From Gemmatimonadota bacterium (GTDB taxonomy: Bacteria > Gemmatimonadota > Gemmatimonadetes > Gemmatimonadales > GWC2-71-9): a DNA stretch of 64,000 nucleotides. Positions 47,623 to 59,817 of this stretch are shown piece after piece. The notes beneath the pieces are model-generated. The model had not been told where the DNA came from and did not search any database. It saw only the letters and a list, made by a program, of their open reading frames with translations. The DNA is taken from contig JBDHHP010000001.1 of NCBI GenBank assembly GCA_039589275.1, positions 7,551 to 71,550 on the forward strand. Direction: 5' to 3'. A program made the position numbers and the translations under genes. Each line of letters starts with the position of its first letter. Within the stretch, counting starts at the first letter, position 1.

Positions 47623-50600
47623 TTACGAACTGCCGTCGTGCTGCTTCAACGAGATCAAAACCTGACGATCCCCAATGCCGACGGGTTCTTGGACGTCCGG
47701 GTCCGGAAGATCCTCTCCGATCTCGAACCGTCGCGCCAGCGTTTCTTGCGCAATGAACGAGCGATGGGCCTCGGCAGCTGCCTGGACCCCGTCATCTCCG
47801 GATAGTCCCAAGAGGATCCGTGAATCGTAACTATAACCCGCCTCTTTGCGTAGTCTCTGGATTCGGTTCACGAGCTCTCGGGCGGTCCCCTCTAATTCCA
47901 ATTCTCGCGTCAGATGGGGGTCGAGAGCGGCAACGAACGGCCCGTTGCTTTGCACTAACCAATCCGTCTGGACTTCACGCTCGACCACGATATCCTCTGG
48001 TCGGAACCGGAAAACCCTCCCGCCAACCTCCATTTCCACATCCACCCCAGCCTCCAACGCCCGCAGTTGTCTGGGTTCAAGTGCGACCGCGGCCTCGGCG
48101 GCTGCCGGCGTCTCTTTAGCGTACGTCTTACCCAAAGTACGGAAGTTGGGCTTTGCCTTTAACTTCACCAAGCTCTCGTCCGACTCGACGACAGAGATCT
48201 TCCGGACGTTTACCTCCGCCGCAAGCAGGTCGAGCAGTTCATCGAATTCCGCACCGCGAGATGCACCCGGAACGGCCACCTTCATAGCTGCTAGAGGCTG
48301 CCGCACCCGAAGCCCACCGGATTCACGAGCAGAGCGCGCCAGCCAAGCCAAATCTCGGATCGCTTCCATGGCCCGATCGAGCCCCTCAGACCACCGACCG
48401 CCGTTTTGCGGGAACCGGGCCAGGTGCACCGATTCACCCGTGAGCCGACGATGGATTGCATCGCTTAGGAAGGGTGCGGCAGGAGCCAGCAGCCGCGCCA
48501 CTGTAACCAGAGCCTCGTGTAGCGTCGCCAAGGCGGCCGGATCAGCCGTGGCGTCGGGCGCCCAGAAACGCGCTCTGTTCACGCGCACATACCAATTGGA
48601 CAGATCTGAGTCACAGAACTCCATGATCGCCCGGACGCCGCTCGTAACGTCATACGCCGACCAAGCCCGGATGACCTCGTCGATCAGCACGTCCAGGCGG
48701 CTGAGCAGCCACCGATCGGCCACGGCCCGAGTATCCCAGGCAGGCGCATCCGCGCTGTCCCAATTCTCCGCGTAGAGCGCGAAGAACCCGTAGGTGTTTC
48801 GCAGTTGGTTGAGGAACCCCTGCGCCATCTCTGGAATACCTTTGGGATCAAACCGCTTGGGAAGCCACACCTGGCTCCCGGCCAGCAGATACAGCCGAAC
48901 CGCATCGGCCCCGTATTCCTCTACTGGATCCATGGGGTCGACCACGTTGCCGCGGCTCTTCGACATCTTGCGGCCCTCTGCGTCCAGCAGTAGGCCATTC
49001 ACGATCACATTCCGATACGCCGTGCTGTCACCTACCCCAGTGGCGATTGCGAGCAGCGAGTAGAACCATCCCCGCGTCTGATCCAGGCCCTCACAGATGT
49101 AGTCGGCTGGAAAATGGCGCTCGAACTCGTCCCGATTCTCAAACGGATAGTGCCATTGAGCGAACGGCATCGCCCCTGAATCAAACCAGGCATCGATCGT
49201 CTCGCGCTCACGGCGCATGGTACCGTCGCACTCACGGCACGAAAAGGTATGGGAATCTATGAAGGGCTTGTGTGGGTCGAAGTCCGCAGGTAGAGGTTCC
49301 CCCTTCAGCTCGGCCAGTTGCTCGAACGAACCCACGACCTCTCGATGTGATTCGTCAAGATCACATGTCCAAACGGGAATAGGCGTGCCCCAGTAACGAT
49401 CACGGGACAGGGCCCAGTCCACGTTGTTCTCCAACCACTCGCCGAACCTACCGGAACCAACCTCCGGTGGGTTCCAGTTCACGTCCCGATTGAACTCGAT
49501 CATCCGCTTGGCGAACGCAGTGGTGCGCACGAACCAAGATCGCCTAGCGTAGTAGATCAGCGGCGAAGCGCAACGCCAGCAGAATGGGTAGCTGTGCTCG
49601 TAACCCTCGGGCTGATAGCGACCGAACAGCTTGCCCTCCGTCTCTATTCGCTGGGCGATGACCGGGTTTGCTTCAAACACCGTCTTACCGTTGATGGCGT
49701 CCCACGTGGTTCCAACGAATCTCCCGGCCGTGTCGACAGGATTGACGAAGGCGATTCCCTCCCTCTGCAGCACGCCGTAGTCATCAGCGCCAAACGCAGG
49801 TGCGATGTGGACTAGGCCAGTCCCCTCCTCACTGGTCACGAAGTCGCCCGCGACAACTCTGAACGCTTTGCTGACATCTACCGACACGGCATCGAGCAAT
49901 TGTCGGTAGCGCCAACCCACCAGCTCACTCCCGCGATACTCGGCCATGACCGGATATCGGCCAAGCGGATCGCCGCGTGTCGCGCCGGGTACAACCGTGA
50001 ACTCTGCGATGGACTTCTCCACGATCACACGCTTACCCTCGACATCCAACTCGACGTAAGTGAGGTGGGGATTCACCGCGATCGCCACGTTCGAGGGCAA
50101 CGTCCAAGGAGTTGTCGTCCACACCAGTAGAAACCGTTCGCCATCAGCCACCTGGAACAGGGCGTATATGGAGGGGCTCTTGTGGGTGTCGTAGCCCAAC
50201 GCCAACTCGTGGCTTGAAAGGGTCGTCCCGCAACGAATGCAGTACGGCAAGACCTTGTATCCTTGGTAGAGCAGATCCTTTTCAGCCAGCTGCTTCAGCA
50301 GCCACCAGACACTCTCTACGTAGTCTTCGGTGTACGTTACGTATGGCCGATCGTAATCCAACCAGTATCCGATCCGCTCGGACAGCGATTCCCATTCTGA
50401 CTTGTAGCGGAACACGCTTTCACGACACTTCTCGTTGAACTCGGCAACTCCGAGCGCTTCGATATCGGCTTTGCCGTTGATCTTCAGCTCTCTCTCCACT
50501 TCGATCTCCACTGGGAGACCGTGTGTGTCCCAGCCGGCGATCCGAGTCACCGACTCACCGAGCATAGTGTGATACCGGCAGATCAGGTCTTTGATGGTTC

Positions 50601-50784
50601 GGGCAAAGACATGGTGAACGCCGGGACGTCCGTTCGCCGTGGGTGGCCCTTCGTAGAATACGTATGGCTCTCCATCTCGGGTTGCTTCCAGCGTCTGGCG
50701 GAAGAGCCCTTCCGACTTCCAGACCTGGAGCAACTCGTGTTCGAGATCACTCGAGCTTGTGTTGGTCAGAGGCTCGTAGTGCAT
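47623..50784 (-). CDS. ileS: isoleucine--tRNA ligase (type 2, long C-terminal domain)
   Basis: 1053 aa; PPTANGRPGVHHVF (HIGH), KMSKSRGN (KMSKS), CP1 editing domain. Confidence 0.97.
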   Translation of the reverse strand: MHYEPLTNTSSSDLEHELLQVWKSEGLFRQTLEATRDGEPYVFYEGPPTANGRPGVHHVFARTIKDLICRYHTMLGESVTRIAGWDTHGLPVEIEVERELKINGKADIEALGVAEFNEKCRESVFRYKSEWESLSERIGYWLDYDRPYVTYTEDYVESVWWLLKQLAEKDLLYQGYKVLPYCIRCGTTLSSHELALGYDTHKSPSIYALFQVADGERFLLVWTTTPWTLPSNVAIAVNPHLTYVELDVEGKRVIVEKSIAEFTVVPGATRGDPLGRYPVMAEYRGSELVGWRYRQLLDAVSVDVSKAFRVVAGDFVTSEEGTGLVHIAPAFGADDYGVLQREGIAFVNPVDTAGRFVGTTWDAINGKTVFEANPVIAQRIETEGKLFGRYQPEGYEHSYPFCWRCASPLIYYARRSWFVRTTAFAKRMIEFNRDVNWNPPEVGSGRFGEWLENNVDWALSRDRYWGTPIPVWTCDLDESHREVVGSFEQLAELKGEPLPADFDPHKPFIDSHTFSCRECDGTMRRERETIDAWFDSGAMPFAQWHYPFENRDEFERHFPADYICEGLDQTRGWFYSLLAIATGVGDSTAYRNVIVNGLLLDAEGRKMSKSRGNVVDPMDPVEEYGADAVRLYLLAGSQVWLPKRFDPKGIPEMAQGFLNQLRNTYGFFALYAENWDSADAPAWDTRAVADRWLLSRLDVLIDEVIRAWSAYDVTSGVRAIMEFCDSDLSNWYVRVNRARFWAPDATADPAALATLHEALVTVARLLAPAAPFLSDAIHRRLTGESVHLARFPQNGGRWSEGLDRAMEAIRDLAWLARSARESGGLRVRQPLAAMKVAVPGASRGAEFDELLDLLAAEVNVRKISVVESDESLVKLKAKPNFRTLGKTYAKETPAAAEAAVALEPRQLRALEAGVDVEMEVGGRVFRFRPEDIVVEREVQTDWLVQSNGPFVAALDPHLTRELELEGTARELVNRIQRLRKEAGYSYDSRILLGLSGDDGVQAAAEAHRSFIAQETLARRFEIGEDLPDPDVQEPVGIGDRQVLISLKQHDGSS

Positions 50785-51614
50785 CAGTCCATCCGCTCCA
50801 GTACTCCGCTGACGAGCCGAGTGAGACTGGGTTCAGCAGCCTGGGCGGTCGCTATGATCTCGTCGATGTCCGCGGGCTCCAAAGCGTCGGGCAAGCACAT
50901 GTCGGTAACAATGGAGACCCCGACCGCGCGCATGCCAGCGTGTACGGCGACTATCACCTCCGGAACGGTCGACATACCCACAACGTCGGCCCCAATTGCC
51001 CTCAAGAACCGGTATTCAGCGGCCGTCTCGAGATTCGGACCTGTAACGGCCACATAGACTCCCTCTCTAAGCGTGATCTTCAAATCCGTGGCTACCAGCC
51101 GTGCGATCTCGCGCAGCCCAGCATCGTACGGCTGCGACATGTCCGGGAACCGTGGACCCAGCGATTCGTCGTTGGGACCAACCAAGGGGTTGTCTCCCAG
51201 TAGGTTTATGTGGTCCGATATGAGAACCAGCTCCCCGGCATTCCACAGGTGATGCATCCCACCGCAGGCGTTGGACACCACCAGGCTCCCTGCCCCCAAA
51301 GCCCGCATCACGCGCACCGGAAACGTGATTTGTTGCATTGTATAACCCTCGTAGCGATGGAAGCGACCCTGCATCGCCACAACGGTCTTCCCACCCAACG
51401 CACCGATTAGCAGTCTCCCAGCATGTGTCTCCACTGTCGAAAGTGGAAAACCCGGAATCTGCTCATAACCGATCTCTGACTGCACATCGATTTCGCTAGC
51501 CAAGCCGCCGAGCCCCGTCCCCAGAATCAAGGCGACTTCAGGCATGGCGTCCGATTGCCTGCGTACGGCCTCTACCGCCCTCTGAATACCTTCGCTGCTG
51601 TGGTACTCGGCCAT
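50784..51614 (-). CDS. punA: purine nucleoside phosphorylase (trimeric PunA type)
   Basis: LILGTGLGGLA, ETHAGRLLIGALGGKTVVAMQGRFHRYEGY, GPRFPDMS, VGMSTVPEV. Confidence 0.92.
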   Translation of the reverse strand: MAEYHSSEGIQRAVEAVRRQSDAMPEVALILGTGLGGLASEIDVQSEIGYEQIPGFPLSTVETHAGRLLIGALGGKTVVAMQGRFHRYEGYTMQQITFPVRVMRALGAGSLVVSNACGGMHHLWNAGELVLISDHINLLGDNPLVGPNDESLGPRFPDMSQPYDAGLREIARLVATDLKITLREGVYVAVTGPNLETAAEYRFLRAIGADVVGMSTVPEVIVAVHAGMRAVGVSIVTDMCLPDALEPADIDEIIATAQAAEPSLTRLVSGVLERMD

Positions 51615-52105
51615 CAGGTGCCCGGCGGACTGCCGTCCCTCTCATAATCCGCCAGAGCGTCGAGCTCCGCCATCTGGCGATCGAGTAGTCGGCGAAAGGC
51701 GGCCAGATATCCGTTGAACTGGTTCTGCGCTTCCGCCAGGTCGCGCCTGACGCCTACCTCTCGGTCGCGTGATTCCCGCACGATGTCGTCGGCGCGCGAT
51801 TTAGCTTCCCTGATTATCAGCTCGGCTTCTTGCGATGCTGTCTGCTGGGTTCCTTCCCTCAGTTGCTGCGCCATCATCACCGCATCGTTGATCGCCTTCT
51901 CGCGCTCTCGTAGGGATTTCAGCTGCTCCCTGAGGTTTTGTACCCGGTCCTCTAGAGTGAGGCGTTCCTTCAGGAGACGCTCCATTTCCTCCGCTACCCG
52001 GCCCCTGAAGTCCTCCACACTTGACGGCGCATACCCCCACATCGAACGGCTGAACTCCTGGGCGCGCACGTCGATAGGTGTTAACCGGAATTCTCCTTCA
52101 GTCAT
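51614..52105 (-). CDS. divIVA: DivIVA domain protein
   Basis: LTPIDVRAQEFSRSMWGYAPSSVEDF followed by a long coiled coil. Confidence 0.88.
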   Translation of the reverse strand: MTEGEFRLTPIDVRAQEFSRSMWGYAPSSVEDFRGRVAEEMERLLKERLTLEDRVQNLREQLKSLREREKAINDAVMMAQQLREGTQQTASQEAELIIREAKSRADDIVRESRDREVGVRRDLAEAQNQFNGYLAAFRRLLDRQMAELDALADYERDGSPPGT

Positions 52106-52791
52106 CTCGGACGTTCTCCAAACAAGACCGTACCCAATCGTAGCAAAGTGGCACCTTCGGCCACTGCTGCTCTGTAGTCACCCGACATTCCCATGGACAG
52201 CTCATTAGACTCATGCCCACTGGACTGCAGCGCATCCCGCAATCCTCGCAACGACGCGAACACCTCACGTTGCATGTCCTCATCGTCGGTGAACGGAGCC
52301 ATCGTCATCAGGCCTTTGAGCCGGAGCGCGGGGCAGCTCGGTAGATACTCCACGATCTCTTCCAGTTCTTCCGGCGGACATCCGCTCTTCTGGCTTTCCC
52401 CAGCTACATTGACCTGCACCAAGACGTCGATCGAGGCAGCTCCAACTGCGCGTTGCAGGGCATCGGCAAGTCGAACCGAGTCGAGCGAGTGTATCATCTG
52501 GAACCGTCCGGGTACGAACTTGGCTTTGTTGGTCTGCAGGTGCCCAATGAGGTGCCAGTTCAGTCCCAGATCGGGAATGACATCCTGCTTACCAAGCGCT
52601 TCTTGGACCCGGTTCTCACCCACGTCTGTGATCCCAGCCGCGAGCGCCGCCGAAACGGCGGCTGCGGAGTGCCCCTTCGTGACCGCGACTATCTTGACCT
52701 CATGATTCAGCCCTTCGCCAGCTTGAATGCGGGCGATCTCCTCGCGCACACGCACGAGGTTGCCTGGGAGGGCTGCAAAGTCCATAGCCAT
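52102..52791 (-). CDS. yggS: YggS/YlmE-family pyridoxal-phosphate homeostasis protein
   Basis: 229 aa; KIVAVTKGH (PLP Lys), GENRVQE, HLIGHLQTNK, SMGMSGDY. Confidence 0.92.
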   Translation of the reverse strand: MAMDFAALPGNLVRVREEIARIQAGEGLNHEVKIVAVTKGHSAAAVSAALAAGITDVGENRVQEALGKQDVIPDLGLNWHLIGHLQTNKAKFVPGRFQMIHSLDSVRLADALQRAVGAASIDVLVQVNVAGESQKSGCPPEELEEIVEYLPSCPALRLKGLMTMAPFTDDEDMQREVFASLRGLRDALQSSGHESNELSMGMSGDYRAAVAEGATLLRLGTVLFGERPR

Positions 52792-52841
52792 TTATTGTAG
52801 CGGTGCCAACGCCCTGCTACAAGTGAAGCAATCCCTAGCGT

Positions 52842-55274
52842 TTACGAGTCCGGCTGTGGGACGGTTGAGTCAGAGGGCGCTAAGCCAACCGTATCGAACG
52901 TGCCCGGCTGTGGGCGATCGACCAGGGGAGCGAGCTGAGGGCTGAAGATGGCTGCCAGATGCAAGCCGCGGCGGAAGTTCTCCACTGCCCGTTCTGCATC
53001 ACCCAGGACCGTGTAGGCCTGACCCAACGCGTAGAACGGGTAGCTCAAGTTTGTGGCGATGTTGCGGTTGGTGGGGTCCAGCATCAGGGTATCCGCGTCA
53101 AACAGGTTGCCATAGCGGTAAATGTCCCATGCCAGCGAATCCGTGCGTCGCAGATCGACGGGCATGCTGAGGATACCCGGCGCCAGCCGCGTCGAGTCCG
53201 GCTCTTCAGCCACGTTCAAGCGCACGGCCAGCGCTTCCTGAGTCAGGTACTGGTCGAGCTGGGCGTAGTTGCCGCCGCCGACCGTGAGCGAGAAGTAAAT
53301 GGGCCGGCGCTGCCAGTTTTCCTGGATCAGTCGAAGTGTAAGCACGTCATGGACATAGAACGGAGTCCCCGCCGGGTAGACCTTGTCTATCCTCCCCGGC
53401 GCGAACCTCACCGGTGAAGGCAAGAGCTGGGCTTGGAGCGTGCCGATCTGCTCATCTGTCATGGAGTGCAACTGCGGGGGTAGCTCTTCAGGCGCGAGGT
53501 GAGCGTACCAGGGTGCCTGTTCAGGGATAAACCGTCGCACCGGGTTGTCTCGCAGCTGACGCAAGTACCAATCCGTGTTGCCCAGCGAGAGGTTCACTAC
53601 AGATACGTCACGCCTTATCTCCTCTGCCTCTTGGAGATACCACAACGGGAATGTGTCATTGTCACCGTTGGTGAACACGATCCCGTATGGTTCTGCAGTC
53701 TGCAGCAGGTTGTACGCGAAATCGCGCGCCAGCGTTGCCTCGGGTCCGTGCCTGCGGCTGGCCGCCCTGAAGTTGAGCACAAATGGCAGTAGTGCTACCA
53801 TCAGCACCGATCCAGCAACGACAGTCAACACTGGACCCTTGAGGAACACGAGCTTTGCCCGGAGCCGCCCGTAGAGACCTGCGAGTCCCACTCCCAGGAA
53901 GAGGCCCCACACCTGAAACGAGACAGTGAAGAAGTAGTCGCGCTCACGTACCTCGTGCATCTCCATACTCTGGAATCGATCCCAACCGAGTGAGTACCCA
54001 GGCTTGAAGTTCATGTAGCCCATCAGCGCCGGGCCCGTGGTGACGAACAGCAAGACCAGAAACCAGAACGCCGACCGATCTCTCTCCCAGACGATCGAGG
54101 CCCCGAAAATGCCCAGTACCGTGAACAGCAAGGTGAAGGGCATACGAATGCCAGCGAAAACCGGTTCAGTGGGAGCGAGGCCGTTGGACCACTGCCAATC
54201 GAAGTACTGCAGGTAGTTCTGGACCTGCAGCATGATCAGTGTGAGTGACCTACCGGGATTGCCAGCCCCCGATGGGTAGATGGGGTTATCCCATGGGGAC
54301 CGAGGTGGGTACTGCTTGCGGGCAATCACCTCCCACAGATTAGTCCATGTTGACGGGTCCGCCTCGTTGATGAACGGGCCCACATTGGCCCGGAAGTAGA
54401 GAAACAGATAGGTCGATGCGCCGATCGCAGCTATGCCGAGAAGAGTGAGCGCGAACCTCGCGCCACCCACCGTGCCCGCATATATGAATGCAGTCGCGAA
54501 GACGATCCCGCCCAGTAACAGCAGAGACGTGTTCCCGAGTCCCGTACCCACAAGCAACGCCCAAGTGCCGGTCAACACGGCCCACTGTCCCCACTCCACC
54601 TTCCTGTCTTCCTCGCGCTCGAGCGGGTGATTCTTGATGACATGGGCCATGTACCCGATCAATGCAGGGCCGATCAGCAATCCTAGCAGGTGGTTGCCCA
54701 ACGACACGGCCGCCAGGTACATGATTAGCAGCAGGATGTGCGGGGCCCACGGTTCGCCTCGGTGCTTGCGCCAGAGCCACGCCAGCCACCCGGAGGCCGC
54801 GATGCTAAGCGTGGACACCATGTAGACTTCTGTCTCGTTTGAATTCTGCCATACCGTGAAAGCGAAGGCAGAGGCCAGAGCCGCCGCGACTCCCCCTCCG
54901 ATCGTGAATACGCGGTCCCGTGACGCCTCGTCAGCGCTCCCTCCTCGCAGCACTTGGACAACCAGAATGAAGAAGAAAGCCGCTGCAGCGGCGCTGAAGA
55001 CCGCTGTCATGAGATTGGTTCGGTAGGCAAACTCTCCGATCGGCACTAGAGTCGCCCACACGTTGGCCATAAGCGTGAACAGCGGCGTACCAGGTGGATG
55101 AGGAATACCGAGGATCTTGGCTGTGGCGATGAACTCACCCGCGTCCCAAAACGTGACTGTGGGTGCGAGCGTGAAGACGTAGCCTGCTAGTATGACCGCG
55201 AACACCGCGACGGCCGCCTTGTACGGCGGTTTCGGCGCGGTTACTGATGCTTCGGTGGCTGTTGGAGTGCTCAT
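52842..55274 (-). CDS. DUF2723 (TMEM260/PMT-like) polytopic membrane glycosyltransferase-like protein with a C-terminal soluble domain
   Basis: 810 aa; FWDAGEFIATAKILGIPHPPGTPLF near the N-terminus and ~12 predicted TM helices. Confidence 0.75.
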   Translation of the reverse strand: MSTPTATEASVTAPKPPYKAAVAVFAVILAGYVFTLAPTVTFWDAGEFIATAKILGIPHPPGTPLFTLMANVWATLVPIGEFAYRTNLMTAVFSAAAAAFFFILVVQVLRGGSADEASRDRVFTIGGGVAAALASAFAFTVWQNSNETEVYMVSTLSIAASGWLAWLWRKHRGEPWAPHILLLIMYLAAVSLGNHLLGLLIGPALIGYMAHVIKNHPLEREEDRKVEWGQWAVLTGTWALLVGTGLGNTSLLLLGGIVFATAFIYAGTVGGARFALTLLGIAAIGASTYLFLYFRANVGPFINEADPSTWTNLWEVIARKQYPPRSPWDNPIYPSGAGNPGRSLTLIMLQVQNYLQYFDWQWSNGLAPTEPVFAGIRMPFTLLFTVLGIFGASIVWERDRSAFWFLVLLFVTTGPALMGYMNFKPGYSLGWDRFQSMEMHEVRERDYFFTVSFQVWGLFLGVGLAGLYGRLRAKLVFLKGPVLTVVAGSVLMVALLPFVLNFRAASRRHGPEATLARDFAYNLLQTAEPYGIVFTNGDNDTFPLWYLQEAEEIRRDVSVVNLSLGNTDWYLRQLRDNPVRRFIPEQAPWYAHLAPEELPPQLHSMTDEQIGTLQAQLLPSPVRFAPGRIDKVYPAGTPFYVHDVLTLRLIQENWQRRPIYFSLTVGGGNYAQLDQYLTQEALAVRLNVAEEPDSTRLAPGILSMPVDLRRTDSLAWDIYRYGNLFDADTLMLDPTNRNIATNLSYPFYALGQAYTVLGDAERAVENFRRGLHLAAIFSPQLAPLVDRPQPGTFDTVGLAPSDSTVPQPDS

Positions 55275-55300
55275 AGTCGTGGAGTCGGCAATTGTCTGTT

Positions 55301-56104
55301 CTAGGCTGGAGAAGCCTCACCAGGAGCATCGGAGAGCGCAAGGGCCGAGCGACTCCTGCCAGCCACCACCTGGCGTACTTGGTCGGCGTTCACGCCGCGG
55401 CGGAGCAGCCCCCGAATGGCGATGGAGATCCTGGATGTCTCTTCCGATACGACGACAACCACGGCATCCGTTTCCTCCGACAACCCAAGTGCGGCCCTGT
55501 GCCGGGTACCTAGCGTCTTATCCGACACGGGGAACTGGGTCAGAGGAAGTACACAACCGGCGGCAACGATCTGGCTGCCTCTCACGATCACTGCGCCATC
55601 GTGCAGCGGCGAATACGGCGTGAATACGGTGGCTAAGAGGTCGGCGGATACGTTCGCCTCCATTTCGGTACCGGTCTCGGCGTAGTCGTTCAGGGAAACC
55701 TCACCTTCCACCGCTATGATCGCGCCTGTTCCGTTGCGCGATAGGCGACTGACCGCTTCGGCTATCTGATCGCCCACGGCCGTCTGATCCGTGGATGTGA
55801 GCAGCTGGATGGCACGTGTCCGCCCCAACCGCCCCAACGCTTGCCGTAGCTCGGGCTGGAACACCACTACGGCTGCAAACGCACCGTAAGTGAACACCAG
55901 CCCAAGCAAGGTCGATATCATGTCGAGCTTGAGCAGCACCGCCGCAAAGTACACCAACACCAGCGACAGCAGTCCCAACAGAATCTGCAGGGCCCGAGTG
56001 CCTGCGAGCAGCAGCAGAATCCGGTATATGACATATGCGACGATGAGAATCTCGATCACGTCGCGAACGCCCGGGATGAGGAACGGAAGGGAGTCGAGAG
56101 GCAT
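55301..56104 (-). CDS. cdaA: diadenylate cyclase CdaA (3 TM plus DAC domain)
   Basis: GTGAIIAVE, SPLHDGAVIV and LGTRHRAALGLSEETDAVVVVVSEETSRISIA. ATG at 56104 overlaps the folP stop by 1 nt. Confidence 0.9.
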   Translation of the reverse strand: MPLDSLPFLIPGVRDVIEILIVAYVIYRILLLLAGTRALQILLGLLSLVLVYFAAVLLKLDMISTLLGLVFTYGAFAAVVVFQPELRQALGRLGRTRAIQLLTSTDQTAVGDQIAEAVSRLSRNGTGAIIAVEGEVSLNDYAETGTEMEANVSADLLATVFTPYSPLHDGAVIVRGSQIVAAGCVLPLTQFPVSDKTLGTRHRAALGLSEETDAVVVVVSEETSRISIAIRGLLRRGVNADQVRQVVAGRSRSALALSDAPGEASPA

Positions 56105-57272
56105 CAGTTGCTCCTGATGGCTGCAGCCACTTTGAGTGCCTGCTTCACCTGGCCGACCGCGTGTACCCGGAATAGGGCCGCACCCAGCACGAAGGCGGCA
56201 ACGCACAGGTGAGCGGTGCTTTCATCCCGTTTGGTGACATCTCGTCCCGTCACCGCGCCCAGCAGCCGCTTGCGTGATGGACCAATCATCACCGGGTATC
56301 CAAGCGAGGCCAGCGCAGGTATGCCGTTGATCGCCGCAAACGACTGACTAGGATCTTTGGAGAACCCGATACCTGGATCGACGGCTATGCTGTCACGCCG
56401 CACTCCACTTGCGAGCGCGCGATCGAGCGATCGGGTCAGTTCGTGCACCATTTCGGCTACGACGTCGTGGTATGAAGCGTGGTTGTAAGTGGCCATGTCG
56501 CTGAAGCTGCCACGCGAGTGCATCAGAACGAGCCCGGCGCCGCGCTCGGCACAGACGCTGGCAATCTGCGGATCCAGCCGCAGCCCCGATACGTCGTTGA
56601 CGACCCAGGCACCATTGTCGAGCGCCAACTCTGCAGTTTCCGACTTGACAGTGTCAACGCTTATGGGCACCGAAGGATGACGCCGCACCAGTTCAGTGAG
56701 CACCGGCGCCAAGCGACCCCATTCTTCTGCGACCGAGACAGACTCCGGCCGTCCGGGTCGGCTCGATTCGGCCCCGACGTCGAGCATATCGGCGCCTGCG
56801 TCCAGCATCTCATCGGCCCGACGCAGGGCGGCCTCAGGCTCAAGGCACTCACCGCCGTCGCTGAATGAATCCGGTGTGATATTGAGGATACCCACCACTA
56901 CAGGACCATCCAGACCGACTGATCCCCTCGCAGTCATCCACGCAAGCGGCACCTCTTGACTGCTGGCGAGGTACGTGCCGATCTCATCGGTGAGCGTCGT
57001 GGGAATGGCCTCGGCTGCCGCGCGCGTCATGCCGGCCACGCGGGCGGCAGATCCGGAAACCAACACCCAGCCCTCACCGGACAGGCAATCCACGCCGGCA
57101 AGGCGCGCCGCCTCCGCTAACGCTTCTTGGCCGTCTTGATTGGGTGTTTCGAGGATTAAGGCAATGGGTCGTAAGCCCTGGGCGACAGCAATGGCTCTAG
57201 ATTCGTCCACCCCCCGCCGCACCAGCGCATCCCGAAGCGATATCGGGTCGCGCGAAGCAAGCGGGGTTAGCG

Positions 57273-57276
<4 letters not shown>
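56104..57276 (-). CDS. folP: dihydropteroate synthase with a ~125-aa N-terminal extension
   Basis: GILNITPDSFSDGG, DVGAESSRPG, ISVDT and GIGFSK motifs start only at about residue 130. Confidence 0.9.
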
Positions 57277-59258
<1,982 letters not shown>

Positions 59259-59259
59259 T

Positions 59260-59817
59260 CTACTCCTTCAAGCTCGCAATGAACGGCAAGTGTCGAAAAT
59301 CTTCAGCGAAATCTAGGCCGTACCCGACCAGAAACTTCTTCGGCGCGTCGAAACCCACGAACCTCGGTTGCAACTGAGGTTCGGCTAGTCTCTTGTGTAA
59401 CAGAGTACAAATCTCCAAGCTCGCTGGTTCCCTCGTTTCAAAGATGCGCGTCAAGTGGTTCAAGGTCGCACCCGAGTCGACGATGTCCTCGACAAAGAGT
59501 ACGTGTTTGCCCACCAAATCCGTTTCCGGATCATACAGCAGCCGTACATGACCGCTAGACTTCGTGCTGTCACCGTAGGAAGCAGCCACCACGAAATCCC
59601 AGCGATGCGGCCGCGGGATCCACCTCACGAGATCACTCATGAAGACGACGCTGCCTTTGAGTAATCCAACCAGCAGCAGTTCTCCCGACTGGTAGTATTC
59701 CCCTACCTCCCTGCCAAGTTCCTTCACGCGCCGCTGAATCGTGGCTTCATCGAACACGACCTCGCCAAACTCAGCGCCGCCAGCTACGCTCTCAATGTCC
59801 GGTCGCTCTGGCATCAA
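59260..59817 (-). CDS. hpt: hypoxanthine phosphoribosyltransferase
   Basis: VLFVEDIVDSGATL PRPP motif; tilS-hpt-ftsH order. Confidence 0.93.
   Translation of the reverse strand: MMPERPDIESVAGGAEFGEVVFDEATIQRRVKELGREVGEYYQSGELLLVGLLKGSVVFMSDLVRWIPRPHRWDFVVAASYGDSTKSSGHVRLLYDPETDLVGKHVLFVEDIVDSGATLNHLTRIFETREPASLEICTLLHKRLAEPQLQPRFVGFDAPKKFLVGYGLDFAEDFRHLPFIASLKE

Noticed and set aside
52795-52825. 7-bp inverted repeat TTGTAGC/GCTACAA between the DUF2723 gene and yggS, considered as a terminator.
   Set aside because: The stem is short and AT-containing, the loop is 14 nt, and no T-tract follows on the transcribed strand. This is too weak to call.
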